A stretch of 63,606 bases of DNA, filler included, from Folioceros fuciformis (taxonomy: Eukaryota), in NCBI GenBank assembly GCA_049999805.1. It is 11 parts of 11 records of this genome, joined end to end, with 100 filler letters (N's around TTAATTAATTAA, not from the genome) between each part and the next. Parts side by side here need not be neighbours in the genome. Positions count along the whole stretch, not along the records: positions 21,896 to 27,083 come from JBNGIO010005053.1; positions 27,184 to 35,626 come from JBNGIO010005054.1; positions 35,727 to 38,942 come from JBNGIO010005055.1; 8 more parts are not named here. One strand, written 5' to 3'. Below, in pieces: positions 24,801-38,720 of the stretch (position 1 is its first letter; the number at the start of each line of letters is the position of its first letter). The position numbers were made by a program, and so were the translations under genes. The notes beneath the pieces were generated by a model, which was given only the letters and a program-made list of their open reading frames with translations, was not told the DNA's origin and did not search any database.

Positions 24801-27083
24801 TAAAAACTCGTCTCACAGCTCGATCTGACAACTTGGCATGCTCCCTCTTCTTCTTGGGAACATGAGCATAGGCTGGAGAGCCAAATGCCCTCAAGTGTTG
24901 CACTATAGGTTTTCTGCCGCACCACAACTCATATGGCGTTCGTCCCTGCACAGAACTGGATGGCAACCTGTTGTGCAGGTAAGCTGCTGTTGTGATCGCC
25001 TCGCCCCAGTAGGCTAGCGGTAACTTGGCTTGCTTTAACAACGCTCTTGTGATGTCTTGTCCAGTTCGGTTCCACCTCTCAGCCACACCATTCTGTGAGG
25101 AACTATATGGGACAGTATACTGGGGCTATTCCAAGACTGTTGCAGTAATCATTGAATGCATTTGAATCGAATTCCCCTCCATTGTCAGTTCGAAGGCACC
25201 GAATCTTGACACCAAGCTGTCGCTCTACCAAAGCCTGGTAATGTTTGAAACACTCGAATGCTTCGCTTTTGTGCTTCAACACATAGACGTGCACATACCT
25301 ACTGTAGTCATCTACAAATGATAGAAAATACTGGCCCCCGCCAAAAGAGTCCTTTGACACTGGGCCACATATATCTGCATGAACTAACTGCAACAAACCA
25401 ATTGCTCTTGTGCCACCACCTTTAGGGAAAGATTTGACGTGATGTTTTGCAAATGTGCAGGCCTCACAAAAAGTCAACCTGCTCAGATTCTTTGGTACAC
25501 CATCAAAATACACGTCTGACTTCTCCATTGCACTTAACTTAGTAGGATTTGGGTGCCCCAATCTCATATGCCAGATTTGTGTTACCCCAATGTCTGGTAA
25601 AGATGTGCTGACACCTGCAACTTGTGCTGAAGGAGCTGATATGCTGTGTGCATCTAACAGAAACAGATCGTGGGATAAACTGCCTACTGCAACAGTTTTC
25701 CCTGCTTGCTTGATTAAGCACATAGACTTCTTAAAAATAACTTCACTGCGATTATCTGTAGTAAGTTGATGCACTAATAGCAAGTTTTTTGTTATGGTGG
25801 GGACATGGAGAACATTCCTAAGCGTGAGGATGGCACCATTTTTTAAACGTAAGTTAACCTCTCCTACTCCATGTATTTCCAATCACCTAACAACACTGTT
25901 TGTGGGGTTCTATTCTTGACATAGGTTGTAAACACAGACCTATCACAGCAAATATGGGTAGTGGCACCAAAGTCCACATACCAAGTTCCCTCACATGAGT
26001 TGACGGCATCCAAGCACACTGTTAGTACTTGGTGAACGTGGCGAAACTTCTTGGTCGGCTTCTCATCAGTGCTGCTCTCAGCTACTTCCATGACAGAGGT
26101 CAGACTCGGAGATGAACAAACCATGAGTACCGACGGCGATGTCTTCTCCTTCTTGGCAGCTACATGTGCCTCAGGTAGTGGAACACGTCTCGGCTCATTG
26201 TTTTTCTTTTTTCTACAGTCCCTCTCCCAATGGTTGGGAAGCCCACACCAATTACAGTTTCCCACTCTTTTCTTGTTTCCCGATGACTCTCCTAGTCCAC
26301 TCGGGTTTGTCCACTTGCCTTTACCAGCAATCTTGTTGCCTTGTGGCGGTCCAGGTCTCCTTGCACCCTTAGGTCTGACTGTGAAGAGAGCCTGGCTTCT
26401 GAATGGCTTGGATGACTGCCTTGTCATCTCCTCTTGGAGTAATGCTCCAACGAGTTCGTTGAACTCCAATGCTGGCACCTGGTCTTCATCAATGTTTGCT
26501 ACTACGGCCAACTGTCTGGCCATACATAGCACAGCATTCTGACTGGACACGAAGTGTGAGTAGCTTGGAGGTAAGGCCGACAAAAACCTTACACAAGCAT
26601 CCTGTTCATTTATTCGTGCACCAGTCTGCTCTAGTTTAAGTCTTGCATTTCGGAACTGTGTTACGAACTGATCAATAGGTTCTCCTTCCTGCATTTTGAG
26701 TGAATGAAATTTAGTTTGGGCTGCCATTCTGGTCATCATATCCTTGGCATGATAGACCATGGCCAGGTGATCCCACATTTCCTTAGATGTCTTGGCGTCT
26801 ATCATGCTCAAGGCCATTTGTTCACTCAAACCTATGCGAATGATGCCTTGTGCTCTCTCATCTAGTTGATCCCAGCGTCGTTGTTCAGGTGTTGCAGATT
26901 TGATTCTCCGGAGGCTGAGGACATCATCAACTGGTCGAAAAACATCTCCAGTGACATGTCCCCACAAGCCAGCCTCTCGCAAGAAACCACGCATACGCAT
27001 CACCCAGACATCATAGTTAGCACCGCTGGTAAGGCGATCTTTCTCCTTGAAATCAACCTTTACTGTTGGGAGTCGATCCTTTT
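21896..27083 (-). mobile_element. Ty1/copia, near-complete gag-pol with three frameshifts, PPT and partial 3' LTR
   Basis: Gag with CNWCGLPNHWERDC, protease WYVDFGATTH, WHMRLGH, LRTDNGGEF, RT/RNase H ORF 22560-24029; PPT 21970-21980; LTR starts at 21969. Confidence 0.95.
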
Positions 27084-27183
27084 NNNNNNNNNNNNNNNNN
27101 NNNNNNNNNNNNNNNNNNNNNNNNNNNTTAATTAATTAANNNNNNNNNNNNNNNNNNNNNNNNNNNNNNNNNNNNNNNNNNNN

Positions 27184-28452
27184 AAATTCCAACTCAACTC
27201 TTTTTCACCTGCTTTCTTCTCCTCACAGTCCGGGGCCTCTCCCAGCATCCCAAGGTTAGCTTTCCATGGCCGAGGAACCATTTCGGCTGGAACCCGATTC
27301 TGGTGAATAAGCTGCCGATTTCAGGCCTGGTTCAGATTGCTAATCCCACTTCGTCCCACCTCTTTCCTATCTTCTCCCACTACTCATACTCCTCCCGTGC
27401 AGGCAGGCTCAGCCACCAAGGGGGAAAAATTGTAAGGGAAGGCTTTGCGAGTGGCCATCCAGCAAGGAAGAGATGGCGTCCGCAAGAACTTTGAAGATCA
27501 GGCATCCTCCAAAGTTTTAGGATAGTTTAAGAGGTGGTAGATACTTGTGGTGGTAGGGTCAGCAGGTTGTAGGGCCAGCTCATTGGTGGCAGGATATGCT
27601 AGGAAAGTCTAAATAAGTGGTTGGTGACAGCCGGCTAGGCTAGTGGTCCTATGAAAATAATATTTCTCAAGCTAGAGAGAGGTGAAGTCAGAGGGAGAGA
27701 GGCTCCTATAAGATCAAGTGAGCCTGTAAGAGACAAGTTGTCACTTTGCGAGCTCTCTCAGGCCGTCCCTGCTTGGATATAGTAGTGTGTGTGCCGGCGG
27801 TGCATGTGTGCAGCGTCTGGTAAAGCTTTGAGAAGTAGTGGCCAGGATTAAGGGCGGGGTCCCTTTTAATTCTTGATTGTGCTCTCTGTGTTGTGTCCCC
27901 ATGATCTGTCATTTTTGTTTCCTCACAGGGCTGAAGTGAGTGCCGACCATGCTTGCATGGTGTCTGGTAGGATCGTGGGTGGCGGCATGCTTTTCTTTGG
28001 GGTTAGTCTAGTGACTCTTGCCGAGTAGGGGGAGTCAATAGGAAAGCATAGAAGGTAGTGGTGTCGTTGCTAGTTGTTGCTAGTGCTGGAGTGGAGTGGA
28101 GTGGAGTGGAGTGGAGTGGAGTGGAGTGGAGTGAAGTGGAGTGAAGTGTAGTTAGGGCAGTTGCAGATTTGAGAAGTTAGGGTCCTTGTAGTGATTGGAG
28201 TGAGTTTGTGGGCACCAAGAGAGGTGCAATTGACTGCTGGACAGCGAGGACTATCCCATGCCTGATCAGAGCTGGAGGGGAGCCCTCGAATCCGTCATCG
28301 AGTCGGTTGAGTCCGACCCTCTATCCAAAGCAGCTAGGAACCCCATCGCTCCTTCGTGGGAACGAAACCCAATGTCTCAACGGCAGTGGGATAAGTGTGG
28401 CCGCTAAAGGTTGAACCCATTGGCAAACAGTGCCCAGGGTTTTGCAACCACA
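27184..28452 (+). mobile_element. 3' part of a long Athila-like LTR
   Basis: Ends GTGGGAACGAAACCC...CAGTGGGATAAGTGTGGCC...TTTTGCAACCACA, the reverse complement of 40653-40723 and 61270-61380; no PBS follows. Confidence 0.65.
28087..28148. repeat. (GGAGT)n microsatellite
   Basis: Direct inspection. Confidence 0.95.
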
Positions 28453-30062
28453 GAAACCCTTACCAATGTTGTTTAGAATAGGATAGCAAATATTTGTCTT
28501 ACGTAAACCAATGCTAGGATAAATGAACCTAGCTTAGCTAGATATTTCGCAAACTAGCTTAGAAATAGCTAGATGTTTCTAGGCAAGTTGAGTCAGAACA
28601 CATGTTGGATATTTCCCAACTTGTTGTTGGTGTAACCCTGCTGCCAAACGTGGGAAAACAGCAGAACTTATGGTACACTAGCAAGGCATCATGGAAGGAG
28701 CAGCGCGGATGCAAGGGCGTGAAGCCAACTCAGCGGGATGCTGGATCGTGAAGATGGCTGGCGCTAGGCAAAAGGGGCAGCCAGGGCAGAAGTCGATAGT
28801 TGTTGAAGTTGCGCCGCACAGCGCTGTAACTTGGGGAAGGCAGCTCAAACCATGTTTTTGTGTTCTCCAGAATTGGGAGCTAGGATGAAGAACGTTTTCA
28901 GTGCCTTTGATTCTAGTGTTGTAGTTCATGGCGTAACTTACTGACTCACCAAGCTGCGTGTGTCACGCAGCTCCTTTCAAACCCAGATTGCTGCAAGTCT
29001 TTGCTGCAATCTCTTCGCTTCAACAACTATTTCAATCTGGGACAGGCATGCAAGATGTGGGAGCAAATGAGCTGGGTGGAGGCGGCCATGCAACTACAGC
29101 AAGGCATCATCACCCACGCGCCCTAATCGTGCTAGCAGCAGCAGTTCAACTGCAACAAGCTTTCCCAACCTTCTAGAGTTCATAGCGTCGTTTACAGAGG
29201 TTGGTTGCGTTCAATTCACATACTTGATTGTTTGCCTCACTGAGACAAATCCATGGGTATGATTTTTGTTCAATTTAGAGTGAAATCTAGAGACTGGATG
29301 CCTTGGAGGAGTTGGTCACTTAGGGTTAGTTGGGGAATGTTGGCTATTTGCAACCAACACTCCTCTTGTTGCAGCATAGGGGCTAGGGCTCTTGTGGATA
29401 GTGACATTTCAGGTCTTTCATTACATGTAGCTTAGCTTTTAGACCAGCTCCCTACAAGTCCTTTTTTGCAGCTGTGACTTTGGCATTTCACAGTTCTGGA
29501 CTAGTCTGGTTTTCTAACTTTAGCAGCAAGCCTGACTGCAGTACTAGCTTGCCTTCTTTTCCTCTTCCAGCCTAGCTAGCTGACTTGTTGTTTGCTGTGC
29601 ATGTTCATGAGGGAATGCAACCTAAGGAGCATGGGACTAGTTCTCGTTAAGACTGAGATCCCGTGACATCCCTGGACAAAGCACCCCACCTAGACGTGCA
29701 TACACACAACGGAGGAGGACAGCCAAGAGGCAAGAGCAAGCTCAAGAGTTTGTGGAAGTCAGCTTCGACCCCGATACTCCACCTTCAACAGCAAGGCCAG
29801 CAACTAGCGGGTCCCCATTTACAAGTTGCCTTATCTCTGAGCCTTCAACTTTGGAGGGAGAGCAGGCTCCATTTCAGGGCCAGCTACCTGAGGAGGAGAC
29901 ACAGGGAGAGTTCTTGCTAGAGTAGTCCTTGGGCCATACACCCTTGGAGCAGCCCCACTTGCCACTTGCCAGCCTTCAGTTCACTCAGGCCTTAGATTTC
30001 CTCATCCAGAACAACCATACATCAGCCAGCCACGTGCTGAGTATTCTGAAGAATCAGACGAC

Positions 30063-30512
30063 ATGGAGGGAGGAGCACCTTATAGGCATGAGAGATTTTC
30101 AGGGAGGCCAGGTACACAGCCCCTACGGGACTTCAGGTTATTTGTCAATGGCATGATCAGTCGGGTTAAGTTTAAACATGGTGCTGTGTACAGCCACCTC
30201 TACATGTGTGAACAATTGGCTGGGCATCTAGCAGACGAGGCCCTAGACTTGTATGAGGTGCACCAAGCTGAACTCACTACAACGGTGGCTACACCTAACC
30301 CCCTATTCCAAAATGCCTTGCAGCTAGCTTACCATGCTAAGCTAGCTTATGCAATTAATGCTCACCAGGTTGGTATTGCTGCTAGGAGCATAGCAGCCAC
30401 AGTGCAACCACCAACAGTGGTAAGCCTAACTATAGCAGAAATGGCTATAGCTACTGCAGGTGTGGATACTAACATCCTCACACCTAAGCATGCCAACCCA
30501 GTGGAAGACTTT
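30063..30512 (+). pseudogene. Gypsy-type gag N-terminal fragment, cut by a copia insertion
   Basis: ERFSGRPGTQPLRDF...LAGHLADEALDLYE resembles a retrotransposon capsid motif; runs into AT-rich copia LTR sequence. Confidence 0.5.
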
Positions 30513-33500
30513 TCTAATAAGGATCGTTGGACAAGAATACAAAACTTGGATAACAAACTTGGCAAATGAACGAACGATTAATTGATGATAAGTTTCTCCT
30601 TATATACAAAATTGTAAAGTCATGTCCTTTCGTAATTAGGTTTAACTAAGTCACTTTGATATACATAGCCCTAATCTAACTGGCGTATGTTTATATAACG
30701 TGTAACCCTAACGGCACGGTTACTCTCAACACCCCCCCCCGTAAACAGGAGCCACCGTTAGATCCAAGCCGTAACCCGCCGTAAGAGACCATGGCAGGAA
30801 GCCTGTCATAGTGTCTGTCACTTTGTGCCTTCGTGATTGCCATCTACCTCTTGTATCAACATCTTTGCGAGGAAGGGCATCGTGCGCGACGACAGCAAAA
30901 GAAACAAAAGAAAAAAAACAAGCTTCAAGCTGATTCTCTAGCTGTCCCTCATGCCTGGAGTGAGTATGGCACAGAGCGATTGGGTAGAATAGCTGGCTGG
31001 GAGTAGCGGCTCCTCTTTTCCATAGCTCTTAGAGAAGCTCAAAATGAGAACACATTCTTCGGGGCAGCTCAAACAATCTAAGGTCTAGAGAAGAGCCACG
31101 ATGCAGCCACTTCCTGATGATGACTGAGCAAGTTACATCTCTGGCAAAGGCAGGTGATTAGGTATGTCTCTGATGCTTCATCCACCTCCAGCTGCCTTCA
31201 TATTGTTGTGTTCCTTTTTATCCCTGCAGAGCTGACCAGCTCTCATGTTCTGCTACAACATGCTGACAGCTCTGCCTACACTACTGTTGCAAGGAAGGGC
31301 AAGGTCTTGGCCCCATGGACTCCATGTGGAAATAGTGCTTAGGCTTTGGTAGGTTCTTTGTAAGCAAGTCAGCTATGTTTTCATCAGTTGAGGAGATGTA
31401 CTCAATTTTGACCACTTTCCTTTCCTGTGAATGCCTAACAAAGTGGTGGTGGACCTCAATGTGCTTTGTGCGTGCATGAAATCGAGGGTTCCCAACCAGG
31501 GCTATTGTAGACATATTGTCACAATGGACGACAGTGGGCATTGCTGGCTTGTAACCTAACCCTTGTAGAAAGCTCCTTTCCCATTCAACCTCCTTGGCTA
31601 AATCTGTCAGAGCCTTGTACTTTGCCTCAGTAGATGATAGCGCCACTGACGTTTGCTTTTTCGAGCTCCAATTGATAGTAGCTCCAGCCATCACAAAACA
31701 ATAAGCCGAGATGCTTCGTCTGGTTTCAGGGTCAATTGCCCAATCGGCATCTGCATACCCTACAGTTACAATGCTGCCAGTCTGTCGTGAGAAGCATAGC
31801 CCATAATTAACAGTGCTCTTTAGATACCTCAGAACCCTCTTCACAGCTCCCCAGTGTGCTTTCCCCGGGTTCTCGAGAAACTGAGAAACTGAGCTTACGG
31901 CGTATTGTATGTGGGGACGAGTCCAGCAGCTTATGTAATTTAGACATCCCACAGCATGGCGGTATGGCACCTGCTGCATGGCTTTCCGTTCATCATCACT
32001 TTGAGGTGACTGATCAGAGGTGAGTTTTAACCCAGCTATTCCTGGAGTTGACATTGGTTTTGATTGATCTAAGTTGAATCTATGCAGTGTCTCATTTATA
32101 TATTCCGTTTGATGCAAGACTATAGATCTATCTCCCCTATTTCTCACCAGCTGTACACCAAGCATGAAGGTAAGCTGTCCTATATCCTTCATGTCGAACT
32201 GCTTGTGTAACATTCCTTTGACCCATTCTAAGAGCTTAGGACTATTTGACGCAAGGATGGCATCATCGACATATAGAGCCAGGATGACAAGATGCCCATC
32301 TTTAAGGTAAATGTACACATTTGCATCTCCAGGATTTTGTACAAACCCTATCGATTTCAGATACTTATCTATGCACTTATACCACTCCCTGGCGCTTTGT
32401 TTCAGGCCGTAGAGAGTTTTCTTAAGACAACATACCCAATCAGGGTGCTCAGGGTCAACGAAGCCTTCTGGCTGCTCCATGTATATATCTTCCTCTAGTT
32501 CCCCATACAGGAACGCAGTACAAACGTCCATCTGATGCAGATCCCAATCATTGGCAGCTGCAAGGGTGATGATCATCCTAATTGACTGAGTTTTCACAAC
32601 TGGACTAAAGGTCTCGGTAAAGTCATCACCAGGAATCCGTGAGAAGCCTCTCGCTACAAGTCTTGATTTATAGCGTGCGATTTCACCATCTGCATTTAGC
32701 TTGTGTTTAAATACCCACTTGCAACTTATAGTTTTCCTGCCAGCAAGAAGAGGACAGAGTTCCCACGTATCATTCTTCATAAGTGACTGGTACTCATCCT
32801 GGATAGATGGGATCCAGTGATGTTTGTTACTTCCTGTTACTGCTTGCTGGTATGTTTTTGGTTCAGCTTTAACAGAACTGTTTGCTTTGGTGGTAGGTGC
32901 TACCCTGTGACGGCGAAAGTCTATGGATTCATATGGGGTCTCCTTCCATTGATCTTGAGGTGGCCTGTGTCTCCTAGGATACCTAGTCTCTGGTTCCATG
33001 GGTCGAGGCTCCTCTAAATTTTGTGGACCAAGTTCATCTTCAAAGAAATCATCAAGATTGTCAGGGAGGTTTAGTCCATTTTCAATATCTACATCTGAAT
33101 CGGCATTGCCTGGTTGTGCTTGTCCATCATCAGCAGCCTGCAGTTGCTGTGCTACCACCTGTGGCTGTTGTGCAACTTGCTGCGGAGCAGCGTGTACTGG
33201 CGGGTTTGGAACTGGCATATTTATCTGCTGAGCCTGAATTTCGCCCCCATCAGGTGGAGATGTTGAATCATCTTGAGGGTACTCAGCTGGTACTTCATCC
33301 AGGTTGTTAGAATCTGTAAGGGCAGGGGGCTCACCTATATGTGAATGTGCAGGTAAGAGCAACTCCTTGAAGGTGACATTGCGTGCATACGTAAGTGTAT
33401 TTAAAGAGGGATCATAAAGCTTGTAGGCTTTGGCCTCTTCGCCATAGCTGACGAAAATAAGAGAGCGAGCTCTGGCCTCCAGTTTTTGTCGTTTGGCTTC

Positions 33501-35626
33501 AAGTATGAACGCATATGCAGGAGACCCAAACACTCTCAAATGTAAGAGACTTGGTTTCTTTCGCCAAATCACCTCAAACGGTGTTTTCTCGGGTACTGCA
33601 CTTGTCAAAATTCTGTTTAGAATGTATGTTGCAGTCACTATTGCTTCTACCCAGTAGGCCTTGCTGAGGCCTGCCCATTCTAACATACTTCTTGTCATGC
33701 CAAGCAGGGTCTGATTACGACGCTCTGCCACACTGTTTTGTTGTTGTGTGTAAGGCATAATGAGTTGCGGAACAATACCATGTTCAGCAAGAAGTTGATC
33801 AAACTCAGTATTCACAAATTCAGATCCGTTGTCAGAACGGAGACATTTCAACAGCTGGCCTGTTTGCCTTTCGGCCATAAGCAACCATTCACTGAAAAAG
33901 GTAAGTGTGTTTCCTGTGAAGAGGGTAGGTCCAAGAGTATCGACTGTAGTCATCTGTGATTGTGAGATAATATAAGGCTCCTCCCAATGATGGCATATGT
34001 ATTTTACCGGAAATATCAGCGTGCACGAGCTCTAAGGGTTGGGATGCCTTGTGGGCAACCTGCTTTGGAAAAGGAAGTTCCTTTTGCTTTGATATGATGT
34101 AGGCGTCACATAAGGGCAAATCCTTGAAGCATTTGGGAAGGGGGTCCCTATAGCATGTCATTTGTGACATTTTGATTAACTTATCTTTGTTTGCATGCCC
34201 CAAATGGGCATGCCACAAACTGGCCTGTGCAGCTTGAGACCTTCCTGCGAGTTGAACAATCTCTGCAGGTATACATTTCAAACTCAACTTGTACAGGTTA
34301 TCAGAGAGGAAGCCTTACGCAACCACTTGTTCTGGTACTCCTTTCATGGTAAGCTTGCAGCCAGTAGAAGTGAAGCTCAAATCAAACTGCTGCATGTTCA
34401 TCAGCTGACTTACAGATAGCAAATGCTTTGCCATGCAAGGAATGTACAACACATCATCCAACTGGAGGACTGCACCATTTTTAAGCCGAAATCAGCATGT
34501 GCCAGTTCCTTCAATTCGGAGACCAGTGTGAGTAAGCTCATCTCCTAACAAAACTTTATCTATTCTCTCTGAAGCTTTAAAATGACCAAGGAGTGCTCTG
34601 TTGTTACAGATGTGTGAAGTGGCCCCGGAGTCAAGATATCAAGAACCTGACGAGTGTTTTGGAGCTGCTGAAAGGCATACAGTCAGGACAACAGGTTGCT
34701 TTGCTGAAGAAGAGTCCTTGGCAACACAATGTGCTTCAGCCTACCTCTGAGGCTTCTCAGCACGCTTTGGGTCACCAGCCTTTATCTTCCTACATTCTCG
34801 CTCCCAGTGTCCGGGCAGTCCACACCAATTGCACGAACCACTCCTCTTCTGTGTAGATGCACCAGATTTGGACGATCCTCCAACTGTTGACGATTGCTTG
34901 CCCTTGCCTAGAGTCTTCCCTTTTGTGAATAACACTTTGTCGTTTTTGGTACATCCTGGTTGACCAGTTTTCGGCCGACTCTGCTCTTCAAACATCAAGG
35001 CCCCAACAACATCAGTGTGTTGAATTCTTGCAGGCTTCCCGGCAGCAACAGCTTTCTCTGCAGCCCGGACAGATGCTCCGTAGCCAAAGATGAAAGTTTG
35101 ATAACTGCTGGGCAAGCTTGTTAAGAGTTGTGACACAGCATCTAATTCACTGAATGTGGATCCAAGGCTTATCAGTTGTGCTCGAAGTTGTCGGTACTCG
35201 GCGATGAAGGGAGCCGCCTTCTCATTCTCTTTCAAATGCATAGAGAAAAGCTCAGCTCTAATAGCACACAAGGTTAATATGCTTTTCACTTCATACATTT
35301 GTGAAAGGGTGGTCCAAACTTCCTCTGCTTTGTCTATGTACTCAACCTCAGGTACTATCACCTCATCTAATCCAGCGATGATGAAAGCTCGGGCCACCGT
35401 GTTAAGGTTGTTCCATTTGTCTTTCTCATCCTGGGTAGCTGATGCAGGTGGTGCCTGAAGTGTTCCGCTTGCCACAGGCCAAAGATGCCGTGCCTCCAGA
35501 GCTGACTTCATCCTCACATGCCATATCTCGTACTTTGTCCCGTTGAAGCACCATCGCTCCTTAAAATCCACAGCATACGCTGGTGGAAGAGGAGCTGGTG
35601 GTGTAGGGAGCGGAAGAGGAGGTGGA
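30513..35626 (-). mobile_element. Ty1/copia, near-complete gag-pol, PPT and 3' LTR
   Basis: Gag 34741-35571 with CNWCGLPGHWEREC; WHAHLGH; 890-aa INT-RT-RH ORF 31281-33953; PPT 30732-30744; LTR starts TGTTGAG at 30731 (far end 30513 or 30567, uncertain). Confidence 0.95.
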
Positions 35627-35838
35627 NNNNNNNNNNNNNNNNNNNNNNNNNNNNNNNNNNNNNNNNNNNNTTAATTAATTAANNNNNNNNNNNNNNNNNN
35701 NNNNNNNNNNNNNNNNNNNNNNNNNNATACCGTTTCGGGTGGTTTAATTAATATAATGTATTTATGCCTAAACAGGATTATATTTTAACAGGTGTGGCCC
35801 TTTGGTGGTTCTTGGGTGTAAGAAATCACTCCACATTT

Positions 35839-35856
35839 TGGCGCCGTTGCCGGGGA
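35839..35856 (+). promoter_or_regulatory. Primer binding site, tRNA-Asp type
   Basis: TGGCGCCGTTGCCGGGGA three bases after the LTR CA end; the PBS typical of Athila elements. Confidence 0.9.
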
Positions 35857-36747
35857 GTGAAAATTGCTGTCAAGGTTTGGAGAGGACTGACCTGGATAGG
35901 GGACTGTACAAGGGAAAGTGGCAGGGTTGATGGATGTCCTGCATAGGAGCTGAAGATTTCAACTCTAGCTTTGAAGGGGGAGCTCAAGCTCAAGCAAGGA
36001 GGCAGCAGCAAATATTGGAGCGTGAGCAAAGAGCAGTGGAGAGGGAGCTGAGGCGGGCACAATCAAAGCATACACCAGCAAGGAGGAGGAGAGGGGCAAG
36101 CAACCAGCAGGCCGTGGGGGAATCAGTCATGTTGGAGCAAGACCCCCAACTTTCTGCTGTGGGGGAGGGGTCTAATTCAGGCCAACCTTACCCAAGTTTG
36201 CCCTTTAGTCTTCAACCTTGGCTTGTGCAGGTGCTTAGGAGTGCAAGAGCTGAGGGATTCAGCAGCATCAGCCAAATTCCATGGCCTGGAGCTGTTGGAT
36301 CTGGAACGGCAGGAGTGAGTGCAAGCACCATGGCGACACCAGCTGTTGCGATGTCCACCAAACAGCCGTACCCCTTGTATGGGGAGAAGAAGGGGTATGA
36401 GGACCCAGATGAATTTGTGGAGAGGTTTGAGCAGCGACCTTTGCTAACCAGGAATCAGCGGAATGCACAGCGCATCCAATTGTTCTATGGTGTGCTCCGT
36501 GGGGGGCCTGCCAAGTGGTACACGAGGGAGTACCTCAAGGCCACATTTCCAGCCACTTTTGATGTGTTGAAGAGGGCCTTTTGTGAGCGGTTGAGGGGGA
36601 TAGACGTAGAGGGCTACGCACTATCCAAGTTGGAGGTCTTGAGGAGGAGGAGGAAGGAGACCTTGCAAGCCTATGTGGAGAGGTTCCACAGCCTGCGGGA
36701 TCGCTGTGGACCTCATTCAGATTTACAGGCCATTAGGTGGTTTGCTG

Positions 36748-37142
36748 TGTTAAGCATGATTAATGTTTATATTAATTAGTGCTAATCCAGCTTATTGAGT
36801 TTGTACTAATTAGTGGTAAGAGTGATTAAGGTTATGATTAATATATATAGCTTATTAGACTTTGTTATGTTAGGCAAAAAGGTATTGTAGGGTTTGGGGT
36901 CATTTATCCCATATTGGGCACGAAATGAGAGTGCCACCCATAGGTCCATAAAAGAAGGGATGAACCCACCTAGTATTGGTAGTCTAACTCCCTCTTCACT
37001 TGTATTGTGTTGTTTTTGTAATTCTTCTTTTTATTTGAGTTTAAGAGCCTTGTTATAGTGCTCTTATTTTTGGGATTCTGCATCTTGCTTCAACTAACTT
37101 GTTTTAACCTCTTTTGAGCATGGCGGGGGTGACATCTCAACA
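36748..37142 (+). mobile_element. Solo LTR (395 bp) inside Athila-like gag
   Basis: TGTTAAG...CTCAACA; TSD TGCTG/TCCTG; removing it restores WFAGGLGSKM in frame. Confidence 0.93.
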
Positions 37143-38720
37143 TCCTGGAGGCCTAGGATCAAAGATGGGGGGCCATGTGAAGTTGTTCGCAGAAAAGGAT
37201 GTGGATAGGGCTATAAGGGCAGCTCTCAATTACGAGGAGTCTCATCCTTGGGGCAAAGGGAAATCCAAGGAAAAGGAGAGAGGAAAGGAGAAGGACAAGA
37301 GGAAGAATAGGCCTAGGAAGGGGAAGAAGAAGAGGGACTCATCCTCGGAGGAGGAATCATCTTCCGAGGAGAGTGATTCTTCAGGAGGATCAGCAAGAGC
37401 CTCCACATCTTCAGCGAAGGACAACATGGATGAGGAGTCCTCGAAGGATGAGGCTGCTAGGAAGAGAAGGAAGAAGAAGGAGCTAGAGATGGCGAGGAAA
37501 AAGAGGGAGGCCAAGAAGGCCAAGGATCTGACCAAGGCCAAGCAAGAGGTGGCCCATGCTAAGAGGGAGGTGGAGTAGGTCAAGAAAGAGGCTGAGGCTG
37601 CAGCCAAGAAGGTGGAACAGCAAGAATCCAAGATGGAGGAAATGTTGAGTAAATTTGAGAAGTTCCACCTCCATGCTCTCAAGGAGCATGAGAGGAGGAG
37701 GGCTGCAGCTAGTGGCAGGGCTAACTTGTTTTGTTCCACTTGTGGTGAGCAAGGCCATACCAAGACCCATTGCCAAGGGGCCAAGGTGCACTTGCTGGCC
37801 TATGAGGGGGAGGAGGAGGAGTGACCGATGGAGGACTCCTACCAGATGGAGGACTCCTACCAAATCCAGGATTTTTCCCAAGGTCAGCAGTACCCCAAGA
37901 TAGCCCATCCGTCGATTCTGCGAAACCCTATGGGCATGGGTGGTCGCAGCAACCAGGTGGGGAGAGTGGCTGGGCAACCAGGGGGGGTTGTCTAGTGCTA
38001 CAATTGTCGTAGATTTGGGCACTATGCTAACAGCTGTCCATCAACAACTAGGCAGGCCAATGGGGATTTCGATAGGTTGTGCCAGGACTACAAACAGCAG
38101 GGGCACGTAGAGGGCAGCGTGCTTTGCCAGAACCCTAGGAAGAGCGTGAGAATAGCTCAGCCGGTAGTGACGGGGGTGCAGCAAGCAGCACCTCAAGGGA
38201 CCATAATAGCCATGCACGTAGAAGATGCCCTCATGGCTGTTTGGGAGGAGGCTGAAGCCAAGGTTCTTAGGGGGCTGGAGGGGCTGGACAGCACCAAGGA
38301 GGGGTACTATCGGGAAGATATAGCCATGGCTGTATGTACCCGCAGTGGGAAGAGAAGAGGAAGGCACCGGGCTGCCAAGAAGAAAGGGAAGGAAGTGGAA
38401 TCAGCTGCAGGATCGGAGGAGGAGGAGAAGAGTACTTCGGATGGGGAGGAATCAGGTCAAGAGGAGGGAGACCAAGAAGGGCAGACCCCTTAAGAGGAAA
38501 AATCAGGGGCTGGAGAGGGAGCAGCTTGACCAAAGGGACCGATGGGGCTGTCCAGAAGCCGTTTGATTTCGCTAGAGCCATCATGGACCAGCCATCATGG
38601 ACCAGCAATTTGCTGTCACCTTTGGCCAGCTCCTGAAGGATAACCCTAAATATCGACAACAGGTCCGGAAGGCGTTGTGGGAGGCCCAGCCCAAAAGGAG
38701 GAAGAGGCTACCTAAATCAG

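Larger units (their letters stand above)
35727..38720 (+). mobile_element. Athila-like Ty3/gypsy 5' end: LTR end, PBS, gag with acidic/basic spacer and Zn knuckles
   Basis: LTR ends CTCCACA at 35835; PBS follows; gag 35934-36747 (YGEKKGYEDPDEFVERFE, ETLQAYVERF) continues in frame at 37148; CSTCGEQGHTKTHC and further knuckles; TRSGK motif ~38338. Confidence 0.9.
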
